Below are positions 1 through 13,426 of a stretch of DNA of 64,000 bases, one piece after another. The notes beneath the pieces were generated by a model, which did no database searches, was not told the origin of the DNA, and saw only the letters and a program-made list of their open reading frames with translations. This DNA comes from Thelocarpon superellum (lineage: Eukaryota), in the NCBI GenBank assembly GCA_026025795.1, contig JAPEUG010000020.1:1-64000 (forward strand), in the 5' to 3' direction. The translations under genes were made by a program, and so were the position numbers. Every line of letters begins with the position of its first letter. Within the stretch, counting starts at the first letter, position 1.

Positions 1-215
1 GACGAAGACGAGCATCACCAATCCGGGAGCGCTCTCTGCAGGCCCGGCTTCTGCCGGAAAAGGCAGGTTTAGTGTAGGGTCTCCGGAGCACAGCAGCTAC
101 TGTACGCACGTTAGCACCCACGCTGCTAGGCTGATCTACGGGCTTCGTCACGTTTTAGGCCCCATAAGCTTTCAGGCTAGCAGTATGGGCCGCTGGTGGG
201 GCCCTCCGGGGAGTC

Positions 216-243
216 GAGCCGCCGGCATGAAAGCCGGCGGCTC
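216..243. other. Perfect 11-bp GC-rich inverted repeat (hairpin)
   Basis: GAGCCGCCGGC-ATGAAA-GCCGGCGGCTC. Confidence 0.6.
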
Positions 244-453
244 TTGCCATGGGGTCCCAGCTCGCAGTAGTTGGGGTTAGTAACCAGCTAACTACTTAAT
301 CATAGCCATTGTCTGATCCTAGAGTGCTTGTCGCCTTGCTTGTCTCGCGGTGCCCACTGGTGATCCCCGCTCAGAAAGTGTTCCTCTGGACTGTGCAGCG
401 ACAAACACCGTGCCAGACATTCCGTGCCCCACCTCACCGCTGCCGACGCAACG

Positions 454-2043
454 ATGGCGACGCCTCCACCAGCAAAGGATGAAGCGTCGACGACCGCTCC
501 GGCCGCACCGATTGTGCAGCCGGCGGCGCCTGACCCAGCCGCCCCAATCGAGCCTGATGTAGGTGAGGCCTGCCGGCGTGTTAGCGAAGCAGAGAGCTGA
601 CCGCTTCACAGCTTGACGATACCGATTCCACATTCGCCTCGTATGCTCCCGAGCATCTCGGCGCCTTCGCTATCTGACCCACGCGATTAGGGATTCTGGG
701 GGGTCGCAATTCACCGCGTCTCTGTCCTCCAGCGTGCTCAATTACAAGTACGTCGCTGTTGTCGTCGATAGCCGCGGAAAGACACTGACCAGGACCAGAT
801 ATGAGGTTGGTCAGGCGTCGGGTCCGCGGACGTCGCTGATCGAGCGTAGAATGGACGCCGCTACCATGCCTTCCGAGAGGGAGAGTACCTATGGGTCCGT
901 ACCCGCTATCGTCCAGGATAGAGGTCGGCGCTGACGGGAAGACCAGCCGAACGATGAGTCCGAGCAAGACCGATTGGATCTGGTATGTTTGAGGGATCAT
1001 CCATGGCGCATCCTTCCAGGCTCATCCCCCTGGCAGTTCCACCACATCTTTCGCATGATGCTGAAGGGTGCGCTCTTCCGCGCGCCGATCATGTCGAATC
1101 CGCAACGGGTCCTGGACTTTGGGACGGGCACAGGCATCTGGGCCATCGATTTTGCTGAGTGGGTCATCCCCGCCCGGCGTTGATGATGCCCGACTGATCC
1201 ATCGATCCATGTGCCAGTGAATATCCGAGCGCGCAAGTCCTTGGTATCTGCGCCTCTGCTGGCCGTCACGATGGACGGGGCGACTGACGCGTAACGGGCA
1301 GGAACGGACTTGAGTCCTATCCAGCCGAGCTGGTACGTGTGCTCGTCCCTCTCCACCCGCCCGGAGAATCTTGTGGCTGAGCGGCGCCAGGGTGCCGCCG
1401 AACTGCAAGTTCGAAGTGGATGACGTAGAGTCGCCATGGACCGATGGCACCTACGACTTCATCCATTCCCGCTCGATGGGCGGCAGCATCTCAGACTATC
1501 CACGTCTCTACAAGCAGGCCTACGACCACCTAGAACCGGGCGGCTGGATCGAGGTCCAGGAATTCGAGGCGTGGGTACGCAGCGACACGGAAGGCATGAT
1601 GGAAAAGGCCAAGAGCATCTCGGAGTGGCAGAACATCATCCACGAGACGACGGTGAAGATCGGCAAGCCATTGAAGGTGGCGAGCGAGCAGAAGCAGCAT
1701 CTGATCGATGCCGGCTTCGAGGACGTCCGCGAAGACGTGTACAAGGTGCGTGAGAACGTCGATGCGACCGTCGGCCGAGACTGTCACTCATGCCCCGCCC
1801 CTCTAGCTCCCCATCGGCGGCTGGCCCAAAGATCCCCGCCTCAAGGAGATGGGCCGGTACGAGCAGGTGCAGATGATCGAGGCCGTGGAGCCGGCCAGCC
1901 TGGCAGTCTTCACGCGTGTGCTGAATTGGGACCGCACCAAGACCGAGGTGCTACTTGCGGGGGTTCGGAACGAGTTCAAAGACACGTCCTACCATTTCTA
2001 CTGCAATCTGCACTTTGTGTACGGGAGGAAGCCTCTTGCCTGA
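454..2043 (+). CDS. LaeA-like/TAM-domain class I SAM-dependent methyltransferase (11 exons)
   Basis: Spliced product MATPPP...SLSSSVLNYKYENGRRYHAFREGEYLWPNDESEQDRLDL...[49 protein letters not shown]...DFIHSR...LEPGGWIEVQE...PIGGWPKD...YGRKPLA*. There are 10 GT-AG introns, and the SAM-binding motif is DFGTGTG. Confidence 0.92.
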
Positions 2044-2367
2044 GGCCGTGGCACCTGGGCGCGTGTGCGCGAGCGGGAGCCGAGCCGATTCAGAGGGTGG
2101 TACTTGACGAGGGATTATGATGCGTCGGAGAGGCATCGTCGTACGCAAGCACGCAATGATGATTGGAATTCGCATCGAGATCACGCGTCCGCTCGTCCGC
2201 TCGTCCGCTCGCCTGCTGCCCCCTCCACCCCCCGTGGCCCCTTGGTGGGGCTAGCTAGATGGCTGTGTCGACGCCGCAACAAGCCGCAGTAGTGCCGCCG
2301 CGCCACACACTTCTTGGCCCACTTTCTCAGCTGTGGTTGTGCTGTCGTTGTCTGCTGGCGAGCATCG

Positions 2368-2403
2368 GAAGGCGAAGGCGAAGGCGAAGGCGAAGGCGAA
2401 GGC
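2368..2403. repeat. (GAAGGC)6 microsatellite
   Basis: Six perfect hexamer copies between the methyltransferase and the P450. Confidence 0.9.
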
Positions 2404-2936
2404 GATCATCGGGTCCAGCTCACGGGGTCAAGAGCCGGGTGAGGTTGCTCGCATACGGACGCTAGGCAATTGTTCCCACGGTTCGCCGGGTACGGGATGA
2501 TAAGAGCTCGCGCGCGCTCGAGCCAATCAACGCTCGGCTGCGCCGGTCCGTCGCCCGCTACCCACCACAACCGAGTGGGCCAACCGCCGTGACCGGCGTC
2601 TGCTCACCCTTCCCCGACCAATCAGAGCGGCGGGGCGGGCGTGGGCGGTGGGAGCAGGTGCGTCTGGGTGCTTCGGGTAAGGGGATGCAACGTGGACGGG
2701 CCTGGTTGGAAAGGCCGAGTGATCCGGAGCATGGCCGTCGGTCAGGCCAGGTGCGTCGCTCGCACCAGATGGTAGAAGACCCTCGCCTTCCCGTCCGTTT
2801 CGTCTCGTTGTCGGACCCGACAGTTTGGGATCACCGCTCCGCCTATCCTTGATCCTGACCTCTCGCCGTGGACAGCATCCACCCCCGTGTTGCACCGCTG
2901 GTACCGCCGTTGTATCCGGATCGGGGGACCGCGACC

Positions 2937-4770
2937 ATGGCGCTGCCACCGTCCTTGACGTGGTGGATCGCCGCGCTGGCGGCAGCCATCCTGTGGCCGG
3001 TCAGCGTCGCCGTCTACCGGGTGTACTTCCATCCGCTGTCGCTGGCCCAAATTCCTGGGCCCAAGCTCGCCGCGCTCACCTACCTGTATCGGACCTATTT
3101 CAACGTTACGGGCGGCAGCCGGTACTTTGCCCAGATTGAGAAGCTGCATGGGGAGTACGGTGAGAGCTCCGGGGCAACGCGGCCGCCTCCACCCTCGGCG
3201 CCATGGCCGATGCTGATCGTCGCTCGTGCGGAGCTTGCAGGTCCCGTCGTCCGAATTGGCCCGAACGAAGTCCACCTGAGTGATTCGGACAACTACGAGA
3301 AAATCTACTACATCGGCACCAAGTTTTCCAAGTCCCCACCCTTCTATGGCGCCTTTGGATCGGGGGCCTCGGCCTTTAGCACGCCAAGCAACAAGGTGCA
3401 TCGCGTGCGTCGGGCAGCGCTGAACCCGCTGTTCTCCCGCAAGAAGGTCCTGGAGCTGGAGGCGGTCGTGCAGGACAAGGCCAAGAAGCTCGTCGACCGC
3501 GTCGTCAGCGCCGCGCCCACCCACGCGCCCGTCAACCTGCACGACGGCTTCCGTGCCGTGTCGGTCGATACCATTACCGACTATGCTTTTGACGCGTGTT
3601 ACAATCTCCTGGATCGGGAGGACTTTGGCACCGACTTCATGGCGGACGTGCGTGCCCTCGGACCGGCGGTCTGGTTCTTCCAGCAGTGGCCCTTCCTGCA
3701 GTCCGTTGCGCGAGGCATGCCAAATTGGCTGGCGGCCAAGCTGAGCAAGCCCCTTGGGAGCTTTACGCGCATGCAAGAGGACTGCCGCAAGCAGATTGTC
3801 ACCATCAAGGAGAACCTGGACTCGGGCGAAAAGAAGCCGGTTACGCGCACCACCATCTTCCACCAGCTGTTGAACCCCAACGCCACCGAGGGGCACATCG
3901 TACCTTCGGTCGACGACCTCAAGGATGAGGCCTACGTCATGCTTTCCGCCGCGGCCGACACGACCGGCAACGCCATGACCATTGCCGCGTACCATGTCAT
4001 TGAGAACGAGGACATTTACAAGAAACTCACGGCAGAATTGAAGGAGGCCTTCCCGGACTCTTCAAAGGCTCTCGACTTTCTCTCGCTCGAGAAGCTTCCT
4101 TATTTGGTATGTTCATCACGTGTGCACAGCGGGATCCTCTAACGGCAATGCAGACGGCGGTGATCAAAGAGGGTCTTCGGTGTGTTCACCCTGGGCATCT
4201 TTGTAGGAGTGTGGCCTGATCTTTACAGGATGTCTTACGGAGTTCCTGGACGGTTGCCCCGGAGAACGCCCGAGCCTGGTGCAGTCTTCAATGGTTTCAC
4301 TATCCCCGCCGGCGTACGTCGCCCCCGCAAGCTTCAAGGGAAGCCTGCATCATGGAATGTTCGGCTAATTCGAGCATATGCGAGATCCAGTGCGATGTTG
4401 GAATGAGCTGTTGGATGATGCACCGCGACGAGCGGGTGTTCCCATCACCTGATACCTACCTACCCGATAGATGGACGGATCCCGCGGAACTGAAGAGACT
4501 TGACCGGAACCTCGTCTCCTTTTCCAAGGGGTCACGTCAATGTCTCGGAATGCCGTACGTCTCCCGTCTCCGCTAATCGTCCTCGTCGCTGATGGACCCA
4601 TCTCCAGCCTTGCCTATTGCGAACTCTACGTCACCCTCGGAACACTCTTCCGACGCTGCGACGACCTGAAGGTCTATGAGACCGGTCTGGAGGATCTCAC
4701 GTACGAGGACTACTTTGCCTCTTACCATCCCCTCGACGCCCGGCGCTTCCACGTCATCAGCGCCGCGTGA
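2937..4770 (+). CDS. Cytochrome P450 (trichodiene-oxygenase/CYP58-like clan), 5 introns
   Basis: N-terminal TM helix, FHPLSLAQIPGPKLAA, YGPVVRIGPNEVHL, I-helix AAADTT, ExxR (KEGLR), PDRW, and heme motif FSKGSRQCLGMPLAYCEL. Confidence 0.93.
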
Positions 4771-6287
4771 TGTATCCACGACCTCATGTTGGCGCGATAG
4801 TACCGTTCACTACTTCTATATCCCTCTCGGCGTCGAATTAGCCCACCGACAACGGAGCGGCAATCTTTTTTCTTCTCGGCGGTCGTGGTCTCTGCGTCAC
4901 TTTTGTCTCGACGGTTTGATCTGCAACACGGTTTTCTCTTCTCGCCGGCGGTGTTTAGCGTCCCTTTCTAAGGCTGTGGTTCTGAACCTTCCCCCTTTGG
5001 CTTATATCTATTATCGACATCGACCTGTGGCGATTACAGAGGAAGGAAGGGAGGGAGGGAGGGAGGGAGGGAGAGAATCGAATGGAAGGACGGACGGATC
5101 GAAGGAAGTAGAAGTGGACATTTCATGTGTCTGTTGATATACCCCCGTACTCGTACATGTCAAGAGCTAGCTATTTGTCATTAAAGGGTGTTGAGTGATC
5201 ATTCTAGTTCGCATTACACGGGTGTGTATGTGTGTGTAGGTGCATGACCGATTTTTTGTCCGGATCCCTTATCTATGTTTCTTTGTCTGTTTGTCCGGGC
5301 TCTTTTCTTTCATATGGACAAGGGGCAGACTAGACAATAACTAGGTAGATAATGCCATGGACAAGAAGAGCATCGTCGAAGAGGGAATTTGGGGGAGTGT
5401 GAGAATGTCACGTGAAGGGTCTGCTTACTCAAGGAAGAGAGTGGGGGAAGTGTGGAAAGGTCACGTGATGCGTCTGCTCTCATTCTACCTTTGTCCCTCA
5501 TCCTTTTCCATCATCTCAACGCACTGCGTTTCCTCTCTTATCCCTGTCGTCCGCCACGACTTTTCCAGCCCATCCATCACTACCGCGCCTTGGTACACAG
5601 TTCAATATTGGAGGGGGCGGAAGGTGAAGGCGGATGATGATTGGGTATTAGAGGCTCCTGCTATTCCGCCTTGGGAGGGGTAGGCTTCATTGGCTTTGGC
5701 TCACGGCGCTAGCTAGAGTGGTGCCGTTGCTTCCTCCTTCTTCGTCTTCTTCTCCTGCCTCGTCGTTGTCTTATCATCTTCCCTGTTCCTGTTCATCCTT
5801 CCCGTCCATATATCCAATCCCTCCCATTCGCCCTGCTCGGCTCTGTTCAACCCCGATGCTTTCCCCCGTTCATCGTTCATCGCCGCTGATAGTCGTCCCG
5901 ATGACTTCCCAATGACCGCCCATAAATGGAAGCAAGGAAAGATGCATGACGTCGTGGCTCCGCTTGAGTTGAGTGTCGATTGCTGGATGCGAGAGAGGGA
6001 CGTGCTCCCCTGCTGAAGATGAGAATGACAAATGGGAATGGACTTGTGAACTATGCCATTGACGATCAATGACAATCAAGGACAATCATAATGATCAGCC
6101 CAAACGCCCGAGGCTATGCTTCCTGCCTGTCTGCCTGCCGATTATAATCCGGTCGGTGAGGGACCCCGTCGGTGGGAGTCTATTAGGGGTGATGGTCGAC
6201 GTCGACGTCATCCATTCACCCAGTCTAGGGAGCAGGACACAAGTGCAAGGGGGACACCAGGATGCAGCAGAGGAGAGAATGGCATCC

Positions 6288-8361
6288 CTAGATCAATAGG
6301 TTATGCCAGCCCTTCTGCTGCATCACGTCCCGCCAGTGGACGTTCTCCCCCCGCTCGTCCGCCTGTCGCCATACTTCCTGAAGTAGGCACACGACGCGGC
6401 CGAAGCTGCCAAACTCCGCCTGCTCGCCCAGACGGTCGATACGATCCTGCAGCACCCGGCGAAAGGGGGAGTCTGCCGTCGCCACCGACCCTCCCACCAA
6501 CAACGGCCAGACCAACGATCGGTCGAACCCCTCGGGTCCTGCCGGCACAAACTCGAGCGACTCCGCCAGCGTGCTGACCAGCGCCACGATGCTGTCCTTG
6601 TGCCGGTCGAACCCCGGCACCAGGCTGCACAGGTAGATGCGCGCCGCCAGTCGGAAGACGGCCGTCATATTCTCCGACAGCTGTCGCGGTCGGATCGCGC
6701 CCGTGGTCGAGTAGGGGTACAGGATGGCGTTCGGGCCGGGCTCGGTCAGACCGATCTGCTCGGCCAGGTTGTGGATGTGGGTGCACAGCTGCATGTCGTC
6801 CATGCCGTCCATCTTGAGCGCCTCGAGGCACGCAATCTCCGAGATGAGATACATCACCCGATCGTCGCAGCCCATCAGCTCGCACAGCCCGAGCGCCGAC
6901 GAGCTGAGATGCTTCTCGCGGTACGTGTCGGCAAACTGCGGCGCCCGGCCCAGCATCGTCGCGCCGAGGATGTCGATCCACGCCGCCAGCGTCATGTTGA
7001 ACGGCGGCGGATGGTACATGCCCGCGCCGTCGAGCTCAGCGAGCTGTCGCGGCAGGTCGAGCTTGTGCACCAAGCTGGTCGCGGCCTGAAAATGCTGGTC
7101 CCACGGGATATCGGGCAGGCAGTCGTCGGCCCGACCGACCGAGCACTGGAAGAAGATCATGCCCAACGTCGCCTCGAGAATCTGTGCGTGGTCGGTGTCG
7201 TGCTTCAGCGCCTGACAGAGCTCCGCGATGGTGGCGTATCGGTGTCGCATGATGTCGTTGTCGATCTGCTCGCCCTGCAGCCTTTGCGTGCTCTTGAGGT
7301 GGAGCGCCGCGATGCTGAGACAGCAGTGCAGGTAGCATCGGTTGCTCTCGAGCGCCGGTAGGATCACCTCGGACCGCGCCGATCCTTGTTGCGTCACCTC
7401 CAGCACGGGGAAGATGAGGCGCAAGACGTGGTCGATGAAGTGATCCAGCAGCCGCCGGTCGCACTCGTCCACGTGAATGACCGCCGCTTGCTGGGTCATG
7501 ACCGGGTGGGCGTGTTCGAAACTGAAGGTGCCGCCGAGATCGAAGGCATTGTCGCCGAGGCCTTTCGGGAGGGCAATGTCGCCCACCAGGCTGTCCGTCG
7601 CCCACGGGTCGGTGGGGAAGGTGGGGAAGGTGGGAGCGGCGGCGTGCGTGGCGGCCGAGGATGACGCCAGCGGCGGCGGCGGCGGCTGGAAGGTGCTGAA
7701 GGTGGAGATGGACGAGTCGCGTCGGGTGGGCACGTCGTTGACGAACATCTGTCGCTCGGTCTTCACGTCGACCTCGTAGGGCGTGAAGGGGGTATAGGGC
7801 GTCGGGTAGTAGGAAGGCTGGTCCGTGGGCCGGCTGAAGTCGTAGTTCTCGTAGCCCAGCGAGAAGTGCGAGTCCTCGGACACGGAGCGGTTGCGGTCCA
7901 GCGAATCTGAAAAGGTATCCGACGTTGGCAAAGAGTACGAGAGCTCGGGAGGGCTATCCCCACCCAGTGACACCATCTGCGACGTCTTCTCCGAGAGCTT
8001 GGTGCGGCGGATGATGGTCTTGATGGTCTCCTTCTGCTGCTTGCGCTGCTCATTATTGCTCCACCACATCGGACGCTTATATTCGCACTTGAGGCCCAGG
8101 TGTTTGCACGCCTTGCACGCCGCTTTCCCCTCATCGCACTTCTTTCTCCGTAGCCGACAGGTGAAACAACCTACGCAGACGTGGTGAGTTTCTGCTCGCG
8201 CACGGGCGGCCGAAGATGAGCACGTGAAGAAAGTCAAGGGAGCACTGACCGGAGCGTGAGCGTCGGTGCATTTTGGAATTCGATTTCGTCGTCGGGCTGG
8301 TCTTCGGGCCGGTCATGGTGGCCGCGGCAACGCTCGGCGCGCTCGCCGGCTCCGTGGACAT
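6288..8361 (-). CDS. pro1: Zn(II)2Cys6 developmental transcription factor, Pro1/ADV-1/NosA orthologue
   Basis: MHRRSRSG|CFTCRLRRKKCDEGKAACKACKHLGLKCEYKRPMWWSN after removing intron 8171-8249, followed by a fungal-specific TF domain. A TATA-like element lies near 8745-8752 on the minus strand. Confidence 0.9.
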
Positions 8362-11300
8362 TGGATGGGCGGGTGGTGGGGGGATGCCGCAGGCGATTCC
8401 GGCGCCAACAAGGCGAGCACCCCGCAAGGAGCGTAAACAGACCCTTTGAGCGTCGACCAGAGCGCGCGTCCTAATTATCGGAGGGCAGATGGAGGTGGGC
8501 AACGGAGGAGGCGGGCAACGGCGGAAGGGCGGACGCAGATGAAGGAGTGGAAGGGAGAGGGGAGAGGAAGAGGGAGAGGGGAGAGGGGGGAGGGACACGG
8601 GGAGAGATCGAAGCCTGACCAGCTGGCTGTCGACGGGAGGGGGAATTACGAGGGATGGGGGGAAGGGGGGAGGAGACGGAGGAGGAGAGGAACGATACGC
8701 CGTCAAAACAGGCGAAACAAATATAGATGATGGCTGGTCAAGATCTTATATGTTGACGCGTGCTCGAGCATCCAACGAAGCCGCGAGCCGGACATCGATA
8801 GATGCAAACAGCTTGAATTTCTATTCTTGGCCGCAGCATCTGGCGCGACTGGCGAGAGGTGGGGAGCCCGCCGCCACCGCCGTCGCTAGGGCCATCGGCC
8901 GTGGAGGTCGAGGAGCAGGAGAAGATGACTTCTGCTGGCCACATGAGCTTGCGTCGTGCCCGTCGTACCCGGCGGGCCAGCAGGGTCGGGAGGTGCCCCG
9001 CCATTGGGTGCCAGCCTTGTGCCTCATTCCCAAATTGGCACGTCACCAGCTGGTGCCCCGCCGGGCCAATACTCGACGTCCAGTCAGGTTTTATTTTGGC
9101 GAGGCGCCTCCTGCAGGCGGCGCGGACACGGGGCCGGGCGTAGCCAATCACCCGCCCGCATGCCTGCCTTGCGCTGCCGCCCGCCCTCGCTCCTAAAATT
9201 GGCATCGCTTCGCCCTTCCCTGGTCCTGCTCCCCCGATCGCTGCTCTGCAGCTCGCTTGCGGGCGGAAGCCGGGACGACGGAAGATGCCTCTTCGCAACG
9301 TACTCGTCTCCTTCACTAACTACTTGTATCTATCGCGGTACTACGCGAGTGGGGTGAGGGGATGGGTCACGATAGAGGGGGACCGGGCACCCATGGTCCG
9401 CACGCCCAGCCCCCGCGCCCAAGGCCGTTTCGCCGTGACACCCGCACGCGGTCGCCGTCGGGCACGCAACGTGCGCCCCGTCTCGGCCGTCGGGAGCGGA
9501 GCAGGTGGAAAAGCCGACGTCGCTCGCGGTACCACGCGACCGCCTCCACCGGGATCGCAGTCTTGTCCGCTGGGTGAGGACCGAGTGAGATCCAATGGCG
9601 ATGCTCCGAGCACGGAGCTCATCTCCTCGCGTGATGATCCTCGCCTGTCGATGCCATGACCGGGGTGAAGTGGGGGAAAACAAAGTCCACCAAGTCTTGG
9701 CGAAGAAGAAGACCGATCGGAGATGCCCCTCGACCAGGGCTAGTCCAGGATCTAAGGCGGTCAGTGGGCAGGATTTCAATATGCACTCGTCGACCCGACA
9801 GTGCTAGTCGGCGTCGTTTTACTCCGGGGGAGCACGACGCCCGGGCCGGGACAGGCGAGAGGGGTCTTTGCGTTGGCGCGAGGGCCGGGCGACGATAAGT
9901 GGTGGAGGGCAGCTGCACGTGTGTCGTGTGGTGTCCTTGGCTACGTCCAAGAGCCAGCTGCTGCATGGCCTGACCGCAGCGGTAGGAGGAGAGATGGTGA
10001 TTGGCTTGACCTATCGAGCTATCTACCCATCCTGGTTAGCGTCACAGAGCTCCCAACCAGCCGTGTTCGAGCGCGCGCGAGAAGCACGGTGCTCGGATTA
10101 CGCCAGTCCTGGAGAGACTAGCAGTCGACAGGGGTGAGCGAGATGCATGGGAGAGGCACAGACGGGATGATCATGGTGGTGTGCATCCGTCTCCCGGTGC
10201 CAGTGCATATCTCCCGCCGGCAGCCGCCTTGACTAAAGCGAGCGATGCAAACTCCCAATGTTCGTTTCTTTTAATAGCGATTCGACGTCATCCCTGGCAC
10301 TTGGTCGACTTAGCATGCCTGAGTCGGTCTCATTTGTCCTCGCCGCACCCCTCTACCGCGACACACAGACACACAGACACACCAATACGCACGGAAATGC
10401 AACGCCATCGATTGAACCCGAACTCCTTGCAGCCTGCATCGAGGGGTCCACGTCGACGCGCGACCGATTTAGAAACGCCCTTCTGATATCGGCCACGGGG
10501 CACGAGGAGCCATGTGGATCTGACACCCTCCGTGTCCGGAAATAGCATTCGATAGTCTCAAGTGCCCACCATATGATGGTCACGCCTGGCATTTGACGTG
10601 CTTTGTTCCAGTGGACAAAGTGATTGTGATGGACATCCGCTCGGGCGCCATGATCGTCCCCCCTCTCGGCTCTAGAAGCCCGAGGTGGCCGCGTGCGCGT
10701 GCTCGTACCCGGACGGCGTGCTGCATCGCCAACGCCGACTCGGTTGTCCACGGTCCACCCAGCGACATGCCGTCCGCCCGCCCATGCGGTCTAGCCGAGG
10801 ACAAGGCCCGGCGACCGGCCTCTGCACGGCATCTCACTCTGTATTGCGGGGCCGCTACGGCCACGACCTGCCCTCTCCTCGTCGAAACCATGTTCACAGT
10901 TTTCTCACCGACTTTCGGCGTCGCCGACGAGAGTCCCGAGAGTCTGGTCGAGGGTAACGGACTTGGCGACAAGGACCGCTACCGAGACCAGGTGATCTCG
11001 CGCGCAACACATACACTGGACCGAGCGAGGAGCGAGCGCCACATCGTCTTGTGCTAAGCGAAGACCTTGCCGAGCCGATCCTCACGAAAGCCTGTCCAGT
11101 CTCTGGATTGACGGGCGAATCCTGACTTCCATCTGGACGATCCGAGTATTCCGCATGGTGCGACTGGCTGTACGAGTCCTCGTACTAGTACCCGTAGTCG
11201 TTCCCCGCCAGGCTGACCGCCAACCGGAGGCCACGCCCCGCACTGCAAGCACAGGGACTTTAGCCCCTGCGACTGAAGCTCGGAGCGAGCTGAGGAGACA

Positions 11301-13426
11301 TCATGTGTCCACCAGAAATTACTGGTGCCATCGTACCGAGCCGTGCCCAGCGCTGATCCGGAGCCGTGCGCAGCCAACCATCAACGGAACCAAACCAGCT
11401 TCTACCCATTAAACAGCCCCTCTTCGCGTCCAGTGCAAGTTTCCCAGGTCTCCTCTCTCCGATTCGTCCCCACTCACCGTCAGACACCCTCCTCGAACCA
11501 GTGCTTGCTCATACCACGGCACCAATTCCCACATACGAGGGAATCCACCTCCCAACGTCGCCTCCCCCCCTCACCTGGATAGGTGTTACCATGGTCGGCC
11601 GCATGAGCAGTCGATCATGTGATGTCGGTGCGGCACCCATCGCCGGCCATCATTGGCCGTCATGGACGAGAGCCACCGGGAGATGTGTCCATTAGATCCC
11701 GTAGCTTGACCGGCACGACCCTATGTGGAGGGGATCCGCTGCGAGACATCCATGGGTGACTCCGGCCAGGATGGTCTAGCAGCCTCAAGTGGATCCTCCG
11801 CCTGCTCTCGACCTCCCCTACCACGGAGAAGGTGCTCGGGGGATCGCATCCCGTCACTTCGTTCATCATCGTATTCCCGACGGTGCGGATGGTCACGGTC
11901 CGTGACCCGCAGCGAGGCGCATTGATTCGCCCGTGGAGATGCATGGGGATGAGGTCGTGAGCATGTCTTGTTGGAAGCTCTGTTGGACCCATGGCCTCAA
12001 CTTGGTCCGCGGGGCGGAGAGGCGAGGACGCTCAGGAGGGACCCATCGCTTCGCCATGGGCTATGGGCCATTGGCCACAGCTCTCGATCACTGGTGTGTG
12101 TCGACCTGCATTCTCATCACAGCGCCCTCGAGCCCTAAGCGTTCGGGGAAATGAATGCACATCGGGTGTGACGGGCCCGCAGCACGCGATTACTCCTGGG
12201 TGGAATTGAAACGGGCGACGCTGATGCCATCGTGGTCCCACCACATGGACCTCCAGCACAGCGTCGAGGGATGACAGGAAGAGACGGATCGAGCCTCAGT
12301 GTGCAAGCAATGGCAGACCCGTGCTGCACAACATATATGCTTCCGTCGGCTTGCATGGCTCGTCCGTCGCATGGACCCGCGAGCCACAGCTTCCCGCTAT
12401 GACAGACGAACGCTCGAGCATGTAGGATATACTTAGATGACGAGCATGAAATGGCCCCGTCGGCCGCTCGGCGCGACTTCCGGCGTGTGGAGCCATCGCC
12501 ATTGTCGGCCTCTGGCTCACGATCGTCGCACGCCAGCGGGCGACGGGACGACTGGAGCGGGCCCTAGGGAGGGGATGGCTCGATCAGACTCCGATCGAGG
12601 CACCGCGCGGGCGTGAACCGCAGGTTGCGAGGCAGCGCGCAGACCCCAACGCCCGCGACGGTGAGGGTCACGATTACCGCCTGTCAAGGCCGCAGATAGG
12701 CCATGGCGCGCACCCGGGCCCTTCAGCCACCCGCGGTTCCTCCCTCGGCCTGATTGGTTCACGCCGGGGCCCGGGCGCTTTCCCGCCAGAAAGTGATGCA
12801 TTTCGCGCGCAGCGATTGGGCACGGGCAAGGTTTGCACACTTGAGACTACTGGCCGCTACTGCAGCTCCAGCTGCACCACGTCCTCCTCTCCGATGCACG
12901 AGATGGCCCTCGGTCGCACAATCCATGCTGCGTCATCCGCGCCGCCGACGAATCCACGGCCGCCTCATTGACGCCGCCACGGCGCGACCTGGGCCGATCC
13001 TGTGTGCCCGGGCCTGCGTCTTGCATTCCTTCACACCGTAGTCGTGCGAGTAGAGGCAGGCCCCGGGCCAGCGTGTGCCATGGTCCACCGTCCGACGGCA
13101 GCCAGTCAGTGCCATCGCTGGCCCATGGCGAGCCCCGCGATGGCGGGCGCTACACCATACCACCCTCCGACGTCTGACCCTCACGCCCCCAGCATCGTGA
13201 TACTTATTGCCCGCCAGACCCGGCGCCTAGGTGCTCTACAGTGTCATCCCTTGTGTCTGTGGTCGCGCCGCTGTCTCCCTTCCTTCATCGCCATAGATTT
13301 ACTCCTCACCGGCAACGGTCGACGCCTCCCAAAAAAATTATTGAATTGCCCGCTTCGCATGTTGATACCCCTCCGGTTGGGCCCTCTCTGAACCATCGCC
13401 TGCTGGTTTTGATCTCTCGCGCCGCC

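Noticed and set aside
1..300. SRP RNA, hammerhead ribozyme or Helitron 3' end
   Set aside because: Hairpins are present, but the SRP helix-8 motif, the CUGAUGA core and a properly spaced terminal CTRR were not found
2742..3995. 417-aa minus-strand ORF
   Set aside because: Antisense shadow of the P450 CDS
6288..8361. Zn2Cys6 gene as pathway-specific regulator of the P450/methyltransferase pair
   Set aside because: The sequence matches the conserved developmental regulator Pro1/ADV-1/NosA
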